Below, in pieces: positions 14,100 through 27,445 of a stretch of DNA of 64,000 nt. Position numbers and translations under genes: made by a program. The DNA is from Paragordius varius (lineage: Eukaryota; Animalia; Nematomorpha), in contig OZ176053.1 in the NCBI GenBank assembly GCA_964247055.1, forward strand, positions 12,772,001-12,836,000, read 5' to 3'. The stretch's first letter is position 1. Every line of letters begins with the position of its first letter. The notes under the pieces are model-generated. The model worked only from the letters and a program-made list of their open reading frames with translations. It did not search any database and was not told where the DNA came from.

Positions 14100-15100
14100 A
14101 GCAATGTGGGATGAGTGACCATGATGCAATCTACAAAGCCACCGTAGTCTTGTGTAGCAAATCATCTAGTTTGCGTCTGTTACTTAGTCGATACACACTT
14201 ATATTATCGTATTTAGAGATGTTCTCAAAGCTTCTAATGCCGGAGTTAATAAAGCTGTCTATCGAGACATCCTGCAGAGTTACAAGAAACATAATAGGAG
14301 GCTTTTTAAAGATGCAATTCTGCAGCACGCGCAAGAAGAGTATTCTCGCTAAGTGTAATCGGTTGGTTATTTCCTTAGACATCCCCGTACCCCAGCTGTT
14401 TAACCCCAAGGTTTAAAAAGGCTCTGCACATCCTCGATCATCGATCCTCTCAATACAATCGGCGGGTAACTACGTCCGGAGTGATACCTGATAGCTACAC
14501 TTGGGTTTTTGAGGTTAAAATAATAACGTTAAATATCCGGAGTGTAATATCGAGTTCCACTCGATTCCGTTCATCACGAGAGTGTCACAGGAAAACTATA
14601 TCCACAAAGACAAGTAATGTCCGGACCCTATCTTGCTTCGATATCAAGCCACTAAGAATTGACTCTAGAGGTTGTTTCGAATGCTTTTCGAAATATTGGA
14701 AATAATCGCTTCTCTTAGATGTCCTTTTCAGAAAATGTTCAAAGAGTAGGTGACCCCTGCGCCCTTGCCACCGCATTCCAAGTTAACCCAGTCCTCGCCA
14801 TTTGACTTGACCCTAGCCTTGTTGCCTAACCCCAAGCCGCGCCCGTTAGCCAAATACTTTGGGGTACATCTGCATTGAACTAGGAATTTTAAGAGTGTTT
14901 TATGTGGCTTACAGTCAAAGCTCCATCTAATTAGGGAAAGACGGCATGTGTAACTTCTCCAATAGATTTTATTCATCTCATCATATGTATCAGGTGGATT
15001 GTGGTCCTAAGATTCATGACTCCAAAGTTTCTAAAACGAGCATCAACCACCCGTTTAAGATTTTTCCGCCAACATTAAATAAAGAGGCGGTATGATTTAG
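14100..15100 (+). pseudogene. Decayed non-LTR retrotransposon RT, possibly R2/R4/NeSL-like
   Basis: Plus-strand fragments SSLRLLLSR, RLVISLDI, RVSQ (QG-like), AKYFGVHL, KAP and SGGL occur in the expected RT order. Heavily disrupted. Confidence 0.45.
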
Positions 15101-15779
15101 GGTCTTCCTGCTTACTTTTAGGTTTATATATTGCAGATATCCAGAGCCTTCGTTCTTCGGATACTACGCCCGACGTCCAAACTACCTTAAAATTCCTCCC
15201 AAATGCTTAACAGCACAGTATGATTCGATTGCAACATTATCGATACCGCACGCTTAACGAAGTTTCCTCGAACGTATTTAAGCTTTTATTTCGGCCAACA
15301 TCAAGTGCGCTGAACAAGCCCGATGGTGGGAGACCATAGTCATCACTTGTGTGCAAGGCTTCATAAAATATATCCAGGAATCGGTATCCGCACCCTTGGC
15401 TAAATTACGCCTTCTGTCCGTAGCCAAATTTAACCCAATTGAATTGTCACAGTTAGCCTTTTTGATGTAGCAGAGCGTTCTTTAATCGCCATTAGGTTCT
15501 CCACTTCTTCCGCCTTCGTATGAGTTCCAAAATTGCCCTCATTACTTGCTTATTAATATTTTTGTAAGTCAGGCGCGAAATCGTGCCTTTCCTTTATCAT
15601 CTCCGACACTTTATCTCATCTGCACCACCCCAGACTGGAAGTATATTGACCTGTGTACAACCAATACAGCTTTTGGTTTTCTTGAAATAGTTGAGCTTTT
15701 CCTCTACATTTCTATGATCTTAACCTTTGATTAATTTAGCTTTAACATCCTTATCGTACCCTTATTACATTATTGCTTA

Positions 15780-16500
15780 GCAGTTTGTCTTGCCTTCTCA
15801 TGGCCACATTTTCGTAGTTTCACAGATTTTTAACGCTTTAAGGATCATATAATAAGACATTTGTCACTAACCGACCGCCCACTTTAGATACCATTTGATC
15901 GTGATTGACCTTCCCGTTCGGATTTACCCAACTTTTTATTTACCAAAATGATTTGCTGTACTTACATTCGGTATCTTTCAGCCCTGCCTTTAGACACGCA
16001 TACATTACCGCTTTCCGATATCGGCCTTGATTCAGTTTGCAATTATATTATAGTGATATACAGCATCACAATTGAGAGCGTCAAGACCTATTGCCGCATT
16101 GAAACTTAGCACAATGAGGCTCTACCCACAACATATGACACATTTACAGTTTTAAAGAAAGCGCCTTAACTTCCCAGGTCATTAGGGTTGGATCATAAAC
16201 CGACAACAGCGTAAACTTCTTTCATATTGCAAGTTTCAATATTGCTTTTCGAGAACAACTAAGGTAAAACATTTTCAACGCTAGAAACCCACAGCCGCCT
16301 ATTCCATTCGTACAGGGAGTGGCATAAGCCACTACACATATATTCAGTAGGTAATGAAATACGGTGATCTTGTATTGCGATGACTGCAATATTCTGTATC
16401 CCGCGCCTACGAACACAAGTTGGTTTCTTAACTGATCCACGAGAATACCAACATTTAAACTGCCAAACTGTACGGGTACACTCTTTGACCTTGGGAGTCG
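15780..16500 (-). pseudogene. Decayed AP-endonuclease domain of a LINE
   Basis: Minus-strand GSLNVGIL, NIAVIAIQDHRI (QE motif), GIGGCGFL, TLLSVYDPT (YAPT-like), SFNAAIG (DFNA-like), NPNGK. Confidence 0.65.
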
Positions 16501-17742
16501 CAAAAACATAATCATTAAATGACGAACTAATGGCTTTAGAAGTAGAGTAAGAAATTTAAAATGTGTCATAATTTGTATTTGTATGTTATTTTCGTATATA
16601 TTGATTAACAGTTGTGCCCTGGCAGCTTAAGGTGTGCTAGATTTTAGCAATGCTCGTCTATCACCTATATCGCCGGGCATTGCTATTCACATCCTATTCA
16701 CCTATCGCAATTACTGAGATTAACATAGGGTTGCCCCACAGCAGCACTGCATAGCAGAATATTATCAAAAAAATGCAGGCTGACCAGGCACTTGTAAAAG
16801 TAGACATCATCCTTAGTAGCCAGCTGCCGCAGTAGGATAATTACTTAAATCCAATGTTGCCCGCAAAACAAAGCAGCCACCATCACTGCCACATCGGTGA
16901 ATCCACCTTTTAAATTAGACTTCATCTGTCGTCAGCCGACCCGATTCGGAGCAGACTACCGAAGCCGCCATACCATTTGTTTACATCCCATGCATGTTGG
17001 TAACATCACATGAGGATTTCATTATCTCGACCACTAACGACCATTCTTTCCACATGCGTAATTCTACAAACTTAAGGACAGAGTTGTACAACGGCCACAG
17101 CCATTTCCACCTCGCCAACTAAGACACAGTCAAAGTTTGCACGGACCCATCAATATGCCATCCCTGTTAGTCCCCCTCTTGACCTCATATACCCTTTTTC
17201 GAATGTAGGTTTCCCGTTCGCCGTCATTCAAACACTGACATTGCCCAATGATCGACACGGGGTAAGAAAATGACTCATAGTTTCAAACGTTTTTGAATAT
17301 TGTTAAATGCCATGCAAGTCCTTTTTCATTTCAATAATTTCTTCTAACTGGAAGATGGAATCTATAGAGAAAAAGTTAAGAGATTAATGGATGTTAGAAA
17401 TTTTAATTATTTTAGTATTTTTTATGTTTGGATTTATTCTAATATCAAAATTCTTTTCTTTAAAATCAGCACAAAGCTCACCCTTATTTAAAACCTATAA
17501 ATTTAGGCTATTATTCTCCATTTTTCCGTACTTTCTAGCTTAATTGTATAGGACATCAATTTTATCCCTGTGTGAGTGTTATGGCTAAGGTGACCAGATT
17601 TTTTGAGGAAAAAGCGGGACAAATCTGAGAAAGGGGGGGGTTAGGAGGTGGTGGTGTACAACCAAAAATTTTTATACAAAAAAATTATTGTAGTATTTAT
17701 TTATTTTTAACACAAATACATTATAAATTAAAAAAAATATTT

Positions 17743-19521
17743 AATTCCTTGGTATATTTTTTATTTGAGTGAATGCGTTTTAGCAGATTGTCATCATTTT
17801 ATAAGATATTGTAGAAGTCTTCACAAGAATTTGTCAAATTATATTTGACAGATAAAATGGTAAAGTTTCAACATTTAAATTTGATTTTTCCGATGTCCAC
17901 ATATTTGTGGAAAAAACGCGCTCAGTAGCAGCGTTGGTTCCACGTAAAGAAAATGCAAATTCTACAATTTTTAAATATTGTATGGAACATAGTTTGTTTC
18001 AAAATGATGAAATATTTCTAACCATTTCTTTTCTACCGTATTTTTTCCTGTTGTCCATAATTTAAGTTTTTCTATTAATATAATTTATAACTAATGATAT
18101 TTTAGAAAAAAGATATTTTCTGAAAGGTTACTTTTTGGGAATTTTTGGGAGATGCAGAAATGATTTTTGAACATCGCACCAATTCAATTCTGGTTTTATA
18201 TCCAATTAAAATGATCAAGTTCATTAAATTGCACCGTCCAGTCTTCCAATAATCTTTACAGTTTGTATAAAACATTTTTAATGGTACAGGATTTGGCGAT
18301 TTATTAAGCCTTGTTTTTCTAAATTATTTATAATATTGCGGATGGTTACTGGTATAAAATTATTTTATAACGTTTGACATTGGAATTTTATGTTACTAAC
18401 TTCATTGGCTACTTCGATTGCCGAAGTTTTGTCACTTTCTATCAATTTAATAATATTTTGAAAGAGAGAAGCTTGATTATGTAGGAACTCTAACCATATT
18501 GAAGAATCACTTTCAAAAAACTTTTCCAAAGTTGTAGGACATTTGTCGTGTGATAAAAAAAGGATTTTAAAGGATCATTTTTTAAAATTCCTTATATAGC
18601 TGGCAGAAGAGCAAACCCACGAGTTTGACAATATCCAAGCATTTTTTAATATTGAACTTCTGCATTCGCACAGAAATTCTTAAGCGTTTCAACGTGTACC
18701 GTGTATATAAAAATAGGAATATACCTTAACAACTACATTTTCCACATCTAGGGGTAACAAATCAGCAGCTATTTGAATAGCGTTGTGTGTTATATGCGCT
18801 ACACACCCAACGTCAATAATGGATTAAGATTATCTGCTAATTACTGAAACTTATTTTTTGTTCCCCTCCTTGCTTTTCCACCGAAGTTCGTATTGGTGTT
18901 GTCACCGCAATAATCGATGATTTTGTCTTTTAAATTATTTTTTCCTAGAATATTCATTATTGAAGTAAAATTATGTCGGAATACGCACCGGGTAGAGAAA
19001 TAAAATTTAAAATTTTAATTTTACTCCGGTTTCTGGACCAAAATATTTTATTAACGTGGGAAATATTTTTGTTTCCTGATTTGATACATCAGAGTAAATT
19101 AATTTTCAGCAAATCTTTTTGTATTCAGAAAATGCATGTGGCGAAAGCACAATGCATACAATGGCTTCAGCCTTTGTACGGGAACGAATAACATGTGAGG
19201 TACAATCCATAGATCTAATGGAATGATTGTGATTAACGCGTGAAAAGAAAAAACGCCTTGGGCTAGTGCCAAATTCATTTCTTCCTCTCCAAAAGCGGTT
19301 TTACGATAAAAATCGCTCATTTTGTAATATGATGCCACCATATCTAAACATTTTTTATGTTTCTGTGTTTCCATATGCTTTGTAATATCATGCTTACCGC
19401 CATGTGGTAGGGTGAACCCCTAACATAAAGCATTTAACAAATGATTATTTCTTCGTTTTTTGATACAAGAAAATTCTTTCATTAAATCATCGTTAAATTT
19501 ACAACCTCTTTTTGTATTCAT
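17743..19521 (-). pseudogene. Degenerate hAT-Blackjack transposase
   Basis: ATG at 19521 (MNTKRGCKFNDDL), then HGGKHDITKHMETQKH, HNHSIRSMDCTS..RTKAEAIV, CGDNTNTNFGG, GCVAHITHN, GTNAATERVFS, LLKRIHSNKKY. Many stops and frameshifts. Confidence 0.88.
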
Positions 19522-19533
19522 ATTTTAAACTAA

Positions 19534-20611
19534 TCTATATATTTATAAAAATGGAAAATGCTGGCTTTGTGATCTGGTACCGGAAAACCGGTGGACCCAG
19601 TCAAATCCAAACTTCGAAATAATCATTAATGAATGCCCCGACAATAGCTTCGCCCTTTTTTGGAAATAGGCCTCCAGTGCGGGCCCACCCAGTGTGAAAA
19701 ACGGTTTTTTTTTGAAAACACAAGTCCACAAAAATAGTGTCTTTGAGACAATTTTCTGGAGAACGTGTTGGACCATTCAATTTCAAATATGATTTTTGTT
19801 TACTTATTTTCGATTGCGCCGAACATAGTCGTCTCGCTTTTTTGATTTAAGCCCTCTTTTTACCCGCTCCCTCCGTACAATGCCATTTCTTTCAAAAAAC
19901 ATTCACAAAAATAATTTTTTAAATCTATTTTTCGCCCTTGGTATGAGACTGTAAAAATTCAATATGGATTCCACGTATATCCTGTTAAAAGGCAAAAATT
20001 TTAGTCAAGCGTTTCTTTGATAATAGCTGCTGGGTAAGGAGCTACCCGCTAAAAACTGATTTCTCATGTAACTTTGTGATCTGTTTCCGGAAAACCGGTG
20101 AACCCAATCAAATACAAATATCGAAAAAATATAATCATCAATAAATGTCCCAATAGCTTCGCCCTTTTTTGGAATTAGGTCCACAGTTCGGGCCTACCCG
20201 GTGTAAAAAACGGGTTTTTTTGAAAACAGAAATCCACAAAAATTGTGTCTTTGAGACAATTTTCTGGAGAAAGTGTTGGATCATTCAATTTACTTATTTT
20301 CGATTGCGCCGAACATAGACGTGCTTTTTTGATTTAGTCCCTCTTTTTACCCGCTCCCTTCGTAAAATGCCATTTATTTCAAAAAACAAAGTCCACAAAA
20401 ATAATTTTTTAAATCTATTTTTCGCCCTATTGAACAATATATTAGTATGAATGCTCCGTTTTAAAATTCCTATAAAATCATATCTATTAAATAATGTTTC
20501 GAAATAATCCACATATGTGGATCATTTTATTGTCCCTTATTTCAAATAGCCCTCCCCCCAGAAGTCCAAAGGACTTCCTCGGGCTGCGTAGCAGCTCGAG
20601 ATTTACGCTAG
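19534..20611 (+). mobile_element. Non-autonomous Helitron-like element, copy 2 (both ends present)
   Basis: 5' A|TCTATATATTTATAAAA, 3' hairpin ctcgggctgc-gta-gcagctcgag followed 7 nt later by CTAG|T. No TSD. Internal tandem unit of about 505 bp (19565 and 20071). Confidence 0.88.
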
Positions 20612-22200
20612 TATTAATATTAAAAAATATTATATTACCTTAATTTTCTGGAGTAAACGTATAAGCTACCGATTTGTGATATTAATTTGTCTTTTTGATA
20701 ATGTTGGAAGTAGGATTAGGAAGCAAAGTGTATAATCATATGATATAAATTAGAAAAATAAATATTTTTAATTTGAAAATAAAAAACTTTAATTTAAAAT
20801 TGATACAGATTTTAAAGATAACTAATGATAAAAAATTTAAACGGGTAAAAAAAATAATTTATAAAAAATTTAGATGTATTTAAAAAAAAATTTTTTTTAT
20901 ATAATCGTGAAAAAGCGGGACATTTAAAAAACGCAGCGGGACGCGGGACAAAGTGTGAAAAAGCCCCGCCAAAAGCGGGACGTCTGGTCACCTTAGTTAT
21001 GGCTTACTTTCGGACGGTATTATTCTCACGTAAATGTATTATTAAAAATATAATTAAATATCTGACATCAAAAAATATTTTTTGAATAGATGCATTCTCT
21101 GTTTAAAAATAAACCAGGTAAATTTGATGAAACTATTTTATGGCATTTAGGAGCATAGTAAAAACGGAGAAAAAAACATTCATTCTATATTCGATGATGC
21201 TGAACATCTCTGTTACAGTCAAATAAATGAGTTATACGTTTTTAAATTTTAATAAATAAATTGTTTTTCACAAATTCTTGCTAAAATAAAAAACGAAAAA
21301 TTTTTTGTGAGATGATGTTTAGGTCATTTAATATAGAATTTTCTAGCGTATGGAATATTTTATTTAGGTTCCAAATGCTAAAATATAAAATATTTCAATA
21401 AAATTTTGCCAAAGTATGCATTTTTTTCTAAAAAATTTCGATGTCATATGGCATATATTACAAATTATTATAGTGCAACAGCATTGTGAATATCTAGAAA
21501 ACTAGCCCCTTAGCCAAAAAAAACCTTTGAAGCTTCCACAAAATAATAAAATTTGATATAAATTTTATTAAATATAGATCATGAACTATTATGATAACGT
21601 TTTTAAAACAAATTATTTAGCTTTGACCAAATGTTACATATAATTTTCGAATATTTTACAATTTTAGATACCGAAATTATGACAAAAGAATTTTTTTAAT
21701 AGGCCTAAACTGTCATACAAGATATTTTGTGCAATGTGTTTAACTAGAGTTTTATTTTACGGAATGGTTTTAAAACCCACCCGAAACTAAAACTTAATTT
21801 CCGAATAAATACCAATATAAGAAAAACTACAATAGCTAATTGCTCCATATCGACCAATTACAACATTATTTGTATGAAATTTTAGCTTTAAAAAGCGTCT
21901 ATCAAAATCCATAAAATATAAGGCGAAGGATTAGGCGGAAATCGAAATTGTACAAAAAATACATGAATAATCTTTTCATATTTAAATTACCGTTTAAAGG
22001 TGTATTTTTATAGCTATTTATATACATTCCACATTATTTACCGGCAAAAATATGAGGCGTAGCTGTTTTTTACTAAGATACATTTATGAATAATTTAATA
22101 AAGAATATATTCCCTATATCCATTATTTTGAACATCATATTATGAATTTCATTATATTTGAAATGTACATTTATAACATCCTCATATATATTAACATTCC

Positions 22201-22579
22201 ATTACCTTTTGTGGTAGTTTTATATCCCAGGGCGATTGAGTATATAAAAATATTGTATTAAGCCGAAATTAAAAATATTCTCTTTAAGATTTTAGGTGCA
22301 TTTAACAATTTTTTAAAATGTAAAATTCTAAAAAAAATTCTCTTTTTTGACGCCTTTTTTTCCATAATTTTCAATCGCTTTTCAATAAGGAATAACTGTA
22401 TAGTATGCCATCAAAAACTTGATATATTTTGATTTCAAAATGACTAGTTCGTTAAATCGTGTTTTAGAGCCGTATTTTAGACTCTAATAGTCACCAAAGG
22501 TAAAAAAATATACGCTTTAATCCATGACAACTATGTTTAATAATAAGATCTGGGATATAAAACTACCCCAAAAGGTATT
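22201..22579. mobile_element. Small MITE-like element with 30-bp inverted ends
   Basis: attaccttttgtggtagttttatatcccag versus ctgggatataaaactaccccaaaaggtatt (28/30 match). Confidence 0.55.
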
Positions 22580-22638
22580 GTGACCCAAAAAGTAAAAAAG
22601 GTATGCAGTATTAAATAAATTTATTTAAATTTAGTAGT

Positions 22639-23019
22639 CAGTGGCGTACCGAGCATATGCGGCGCCCGGGGCATAAAACTTTTATGGCGCCCCTCTCCCC
22701 TTTTTTTAAAAAGCCAATAAAACAATTTCGTAAAAAAAATACAAACGTGGTAACCTAACCACCATAGATAAGACAGCACAGTCATATAAATTTTAAATCT
22801 ATTAAATATATATATTTATATTATACTAAATTTATTCAATGGTACTAATTAGGTGAATAATAGAGTTATTATAGGGATTATTACCTACATTTGAAAGTTC
22901 TTATTATTTTTGCATAGTTAAAATTTAATTTTAAAAAATGATTTAGGCGCCCCTAAATATAGGCGCCCGGGGCATGATGCACCCCCTTGCCCCCCCCCCC
23001 CCCCCTCGGTACGCCTCTG
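22639..23019. mobile_element. hAT-derived MITE (381 bp)
   Basis: TIR CAGTGGCGTACCGAG / CTCGGTACGCCTCTG (1 mismatch), identical 8-bp TSD TTAGTAGT, internal GGCGCCC repeats. Confidence 0.92.
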
Positions 23020-23929
23020 TTAGTAGTTATTTCAATACTTGTTCGCACTTTAGATAATATTAAGGGTGATTATAAATTTGGGTTTAGTATTTTTTCTTTT
23101 GATATAAAATTTTTTAATAACTCTTACTAATATTAGCGAAACATTTATGCATCCAATTATTTAATATACATATAATTGATTTGATCTATGCAGCGATGTT
23201 TTGTGAACAATTTTAGTTTTATTGGTGAAATAAGGTGGATTTAAATATACATTAATAAAAATATTTAAGTGAATTTTTAAACATAAAACCGCAACTCTAT
23301 TTTTTGAGTTATTAAATTTGATTTGAAAATTCACCAAAATTAAGTTACCAAACATTCGTAATTCTTAAATTGTTCAGCATAATCGAATTTAGAAAAGCAT
23401 TTTAATAATATATACGGCAATATGCCGTTTCCATCCTGCTTTAAAGTACTATGAAGTACTCTTCAATAAATTGCTAAAAATTATTTTAAAAAGGTAGCCA
23501 CTTTTATAAATATTTTAAGATGCTGTCCAAATTTAAAATTTTTATTGTATCTCCATTTTGCCTTTATTTTAAAAGAACTGGCCCATATTAGTATAGCTCA
23601 AATTTGATCGGAGCCCACATCTATAAAATAATTTTTTTAAAAAAATTGATTTGTTTTTTTATATGTAGTTTATGATATATTTTGGTGAAATTTTTTGAAA
23701 TGAAGCCTTTATACACCAAAAAATGTATATAAAAAATGGATTTACTGATACGGAGCACTGACTACAAAAGTGTAAATAACTCTCTTAACATACACACAAT
23801 TATTTCCGTCTTTTTCAAATTGGGGTCCAGTATGCTTTTAAACCATGGCAAAAGTTTGCACTCATATAACACAAATAAACGGTAAGAATTCATTCAAAAA
23901 TACTTGATGTTACTCAAATAAAGTTTAAC

Positions 23930-24230
23930 CAAAAGGTAAAAATTAAGTCCACATGACATGTGTGCATAGCAAAATAAAAAATAATAAACCAGTTTGTTTG
24001 TATGTTAGATGTGATTTAAATAAAAATCTAGCTTAAACCATTTAAATTAAATAAACACTATTTGCAAAAGGGTTCTAAAATATAAATGGCGTCGAAATAG
24101 TTTGATATGGAACTTTTTTAAAAAAACTAAATTTGATTAATATTTTAGATTATTTATATATATATTAGGATAGAAGCATAAATTGTAATTGGGATTGTTT
24201 CTTTCGATAGTTTTTTAAAAAGATCAATTT
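23930..24230 (-). repeat. Fragment of the piggyBac-derived family
   Basis: Collinear with 60720-61030 (ttagatgtgatttaaat, aaatggcgtc, taggatagaagcataaatt). Confidence 0.6.
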
Positions 24231-26899
24231 AAATATTGACTAGTATAAATAGATACCCCATAAATGCAATTGTATCACTCGTACTAAACCAAAATCACCA
24301 TGATAATCCTGTTACATTTTCAATCAGAATATATGTTTTTGATAAGATTGTTTTTTACAACCCCGGTTATGGACGCAGTGTATTGGGTGACTTAATGCTT
24401 TTGGCACCGACTCAACCTATAAAATAGATAAACGAACCTGTTATATAAAACGATAGAGGCCACGCCTTAACTTTTGCATGAAACACAAGCTATTCCTCTC
24501 AAACTGCTTATTCCACCCACCCAAAAGACGGCTTTACACATGGATTTAAACCTGTGTCAAACATAGGACCAGATAGATTTATTATGAAAATATACTAATA
24601 AGGAAAACGTAAGTTCCGATTGTTTTTCCGATCACTGTTTTCTGATGGCAATCGTAACCAACATACGATTCATGACCATAAGTGCGGCACAAACTAAACC
24701 AGATTATTCCTCACTACCAAATTTCCCTGTTCAAAAACAGATTTGATACACTGAATCCTGATGATAATGCTGAAAACCTATGATCATCGATTCATTAGTA
24801 CAGCCAACTAATCCAGCCCATCCGATAATCATATGAAAATATAAGTGCACCTTGTCTCTAGACTAGCCAAGTCTGTGCGCGCCTCACAACAAAATCCATT
24901 ATTGTAATACAATTAAAAAGATTCTATGAAAATAATATTAGATAGAAAATGAACAGTAAAATATATATTACATATAAATTCAAAAAATTTAACCAAAAAT
25001 TAACGAGAAAAAAAATAAAAAATAAATATATTGATAAATAAATAAAATTAAAAATATAAAATGCGCATCTTTACAAATGAAGAATGAGGGATAAGAATGA
25101 TTCGGAGTGTGAAATATACTTTTAAAAAAATAACCTAAAAACTATTCTAACGCCATAGATTAATACCCCATTTAGCATGTTCCAAATTATAAAAAATTCT
25201 TTTATAATAATATCATTTTTAACACGATATATTTTTTATTTAAATATACGGAAAGTAGATTGTTAGTTAAAATATAAGTTTTACAAACTTAATCATCGAT
25301 AATGTTATACAATTATTTTTTTAGTAGAATTATTTAATAAAATTTAGTAAACGCAAAATGAGTTTTTTATATATTTTAACCGCATTTATTATTTATCCGA
25401 ACCTAATGAGTGATGTGCTCAAAAAAATTTAATTTTCGTTTTATTACGGTATATGTTCATTAAATTAAAATTCCATGGATGTTGATTTAGTAATATATAT
25501 TATCTATGTTTTATAAAAATTATGCCACACAATTTTAATAGGTTATAAAAAACTAAAATTTTATTAAAAAATCTATATAAAATTCTAATTTCCATTTTAA
25601 ATGATTTTCCTGCAAATAACGATGTTTTGGGATTTCTTATATTTATTGTGTTTTTGTGTATTTCGAGACCATTGAATAGAAATACACATCATTAAAATAT
25701 AAGCTTTAAATGCTCTATAATTAAAATACGTTGAACCGCTTTAAAATTTGTCATAGTTCCCACCGTGGTATAAGTAATGGGTCAAGTCGATTACAAAGAA
25801 ACTCTAATTATTATTCGTTTTTAAATTTTCAGTCAAAACTTATTTATTCCTTAAATAATCTTTTAAATATCTTAAATTATTTCCAATGAACAAACTTTAC
25901 TTTTTTGAATTTAATTGTTGTTTGTAAAAGCATATAATAAAATTTTAAATTACATGTGAAATACGTTTGCTATCATCAATAATAATAACTTGTTAACAAG
26001 TTTTATTTGGTTTCGCCTCGTTTTATTTGTTGTTTATAACTTTTGCAAGCGCCGTTGTTTTTTCACTGACATTTGTACTTACTTTGATAGCCAATTAACA
26101 ACCATAATTTAATTGTATATTTTCTTAATATTTAATTTGGTTAACAAATACAACACGCCATTATTCACGTGACTAAATCTTAAACAATCATTTATTTTTC
26201 GTCAGTTTTATTTTGATTAGTTTTTTTGAATTTCTGTAGTAAAATTATATCATTTTCCGGTTATCCCTATTCTTTGCAGACATTCAAATGTAAGTATAAT
26301 TATCTTATTAGAGTATGTATGTATCTTCCAATTCCATGATTGATTATCGATTAATACAGTTCGTATAATATTTAAACCTGCAAGAATTTTTTAATTTGCG
26401 CTTAAGTTCAACATCTCCTTCTGCAGATTATTAAGGAAATCGCAATATATTGTCAAGGTTTAGTGTATTATTTATGTTTGGATAAAACAACAATATTCAA
26501 AATTTTATGTGGATATGATTGATTCTATAAACATATATTTATTAAATACATTTTAAACTAGATTTAGCCCCTTCAAATTAACAGTCATTTTAATTTAATA
26601 GTCTATTCAAATTTTATTGATATCATTAGCTGATTTTAACAAAATAATGAAACTAATAAAATGTATTATGTTCAAATTATCTTAAATCAAAAACCTAATT
26701 TAATTTCATTTTTTAAAAATTCTTCTATATTATATAATTTTATATAAATATAATATATATATATATATACATGTTTCATTGTTGATCTTTTGATATTTTA
26801 TAAATGATTTATAAAGCTTGGTTTAGTTGAGTGATATAAAGAGAAAATTTAAAAAGTTATAATTGAATGACAAACATTAAAATTTTTAACTTAATACAT

Positions 26900-27445
26900 T
26901 TGATAAGTAATACGCGAGATATTTTATTTGAAATTATATACATATTTTATGGTTTATTTTAAATATTATAGTAATTAATTTTAAATATTACATGAACAGA
27001 CATAATAATTTATCCAGTTAACCGGCCAATATGAAGTATCGTTAAGCTGAATGTTTTCATAATATTCAAATTAGTTTGGTTAATAAACAACACGCCATTT
27101 TTTACGTGACTAAATCTTGAACATCTGATTCTTCTCTTTATATTTTTTTCCCTAATTTGAATAGTTCTGTTTTTAATAATTTATTAAATTTCCACTAACC
27201 TTTTTATCAAATTCTTGGGCCTATTTGGTAAATATAAATTATATTATTTAAATTTTGGTATATATTTATTGCAAGCTAAATTTTTAATACATAAATTTAA
27301 TTTGTTAAACCGTAATTCAATAAAATGATAATATCAAAAACAAAAATGTTTGTAACTAAATGACACGTTAATTTAAACTGGCTAAACTATTTTCATAATT
27401 TGCCCTTGTCTTTGCATTATATGTTACAGATAAGGTGTTAAATGG
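26900..27445 (+). repeat. Dispersed repeat, also at about 62350-62950 and partly at 26140
   Basis: Shared aattagtttggtt..aacacgc..ttacgtgactaaat, ttcttgggcctatttggtaa and ataaggtgtta segments. Confidence 0.65.

Larger units (their letters stand above)
17586..20995 (-). mobile_element. hAT element, Blackjack type, carrying a nested Helitron
   Basis: 13-bp perfect TIR TAAGGTGACCAGA, identical 8-bp TSD GTTATGGC (17578-17585 and 20996-21003), several subterminal GCGGGAC repeats. Confidence 0.92.

Noticed and set aside
21090-21117. 28-nt AG/GT-bounded segment MHSLFKNKP
   Set aside because: Isolated, with no paralog or linked exon support; expected by chance in AT-rich DNA.
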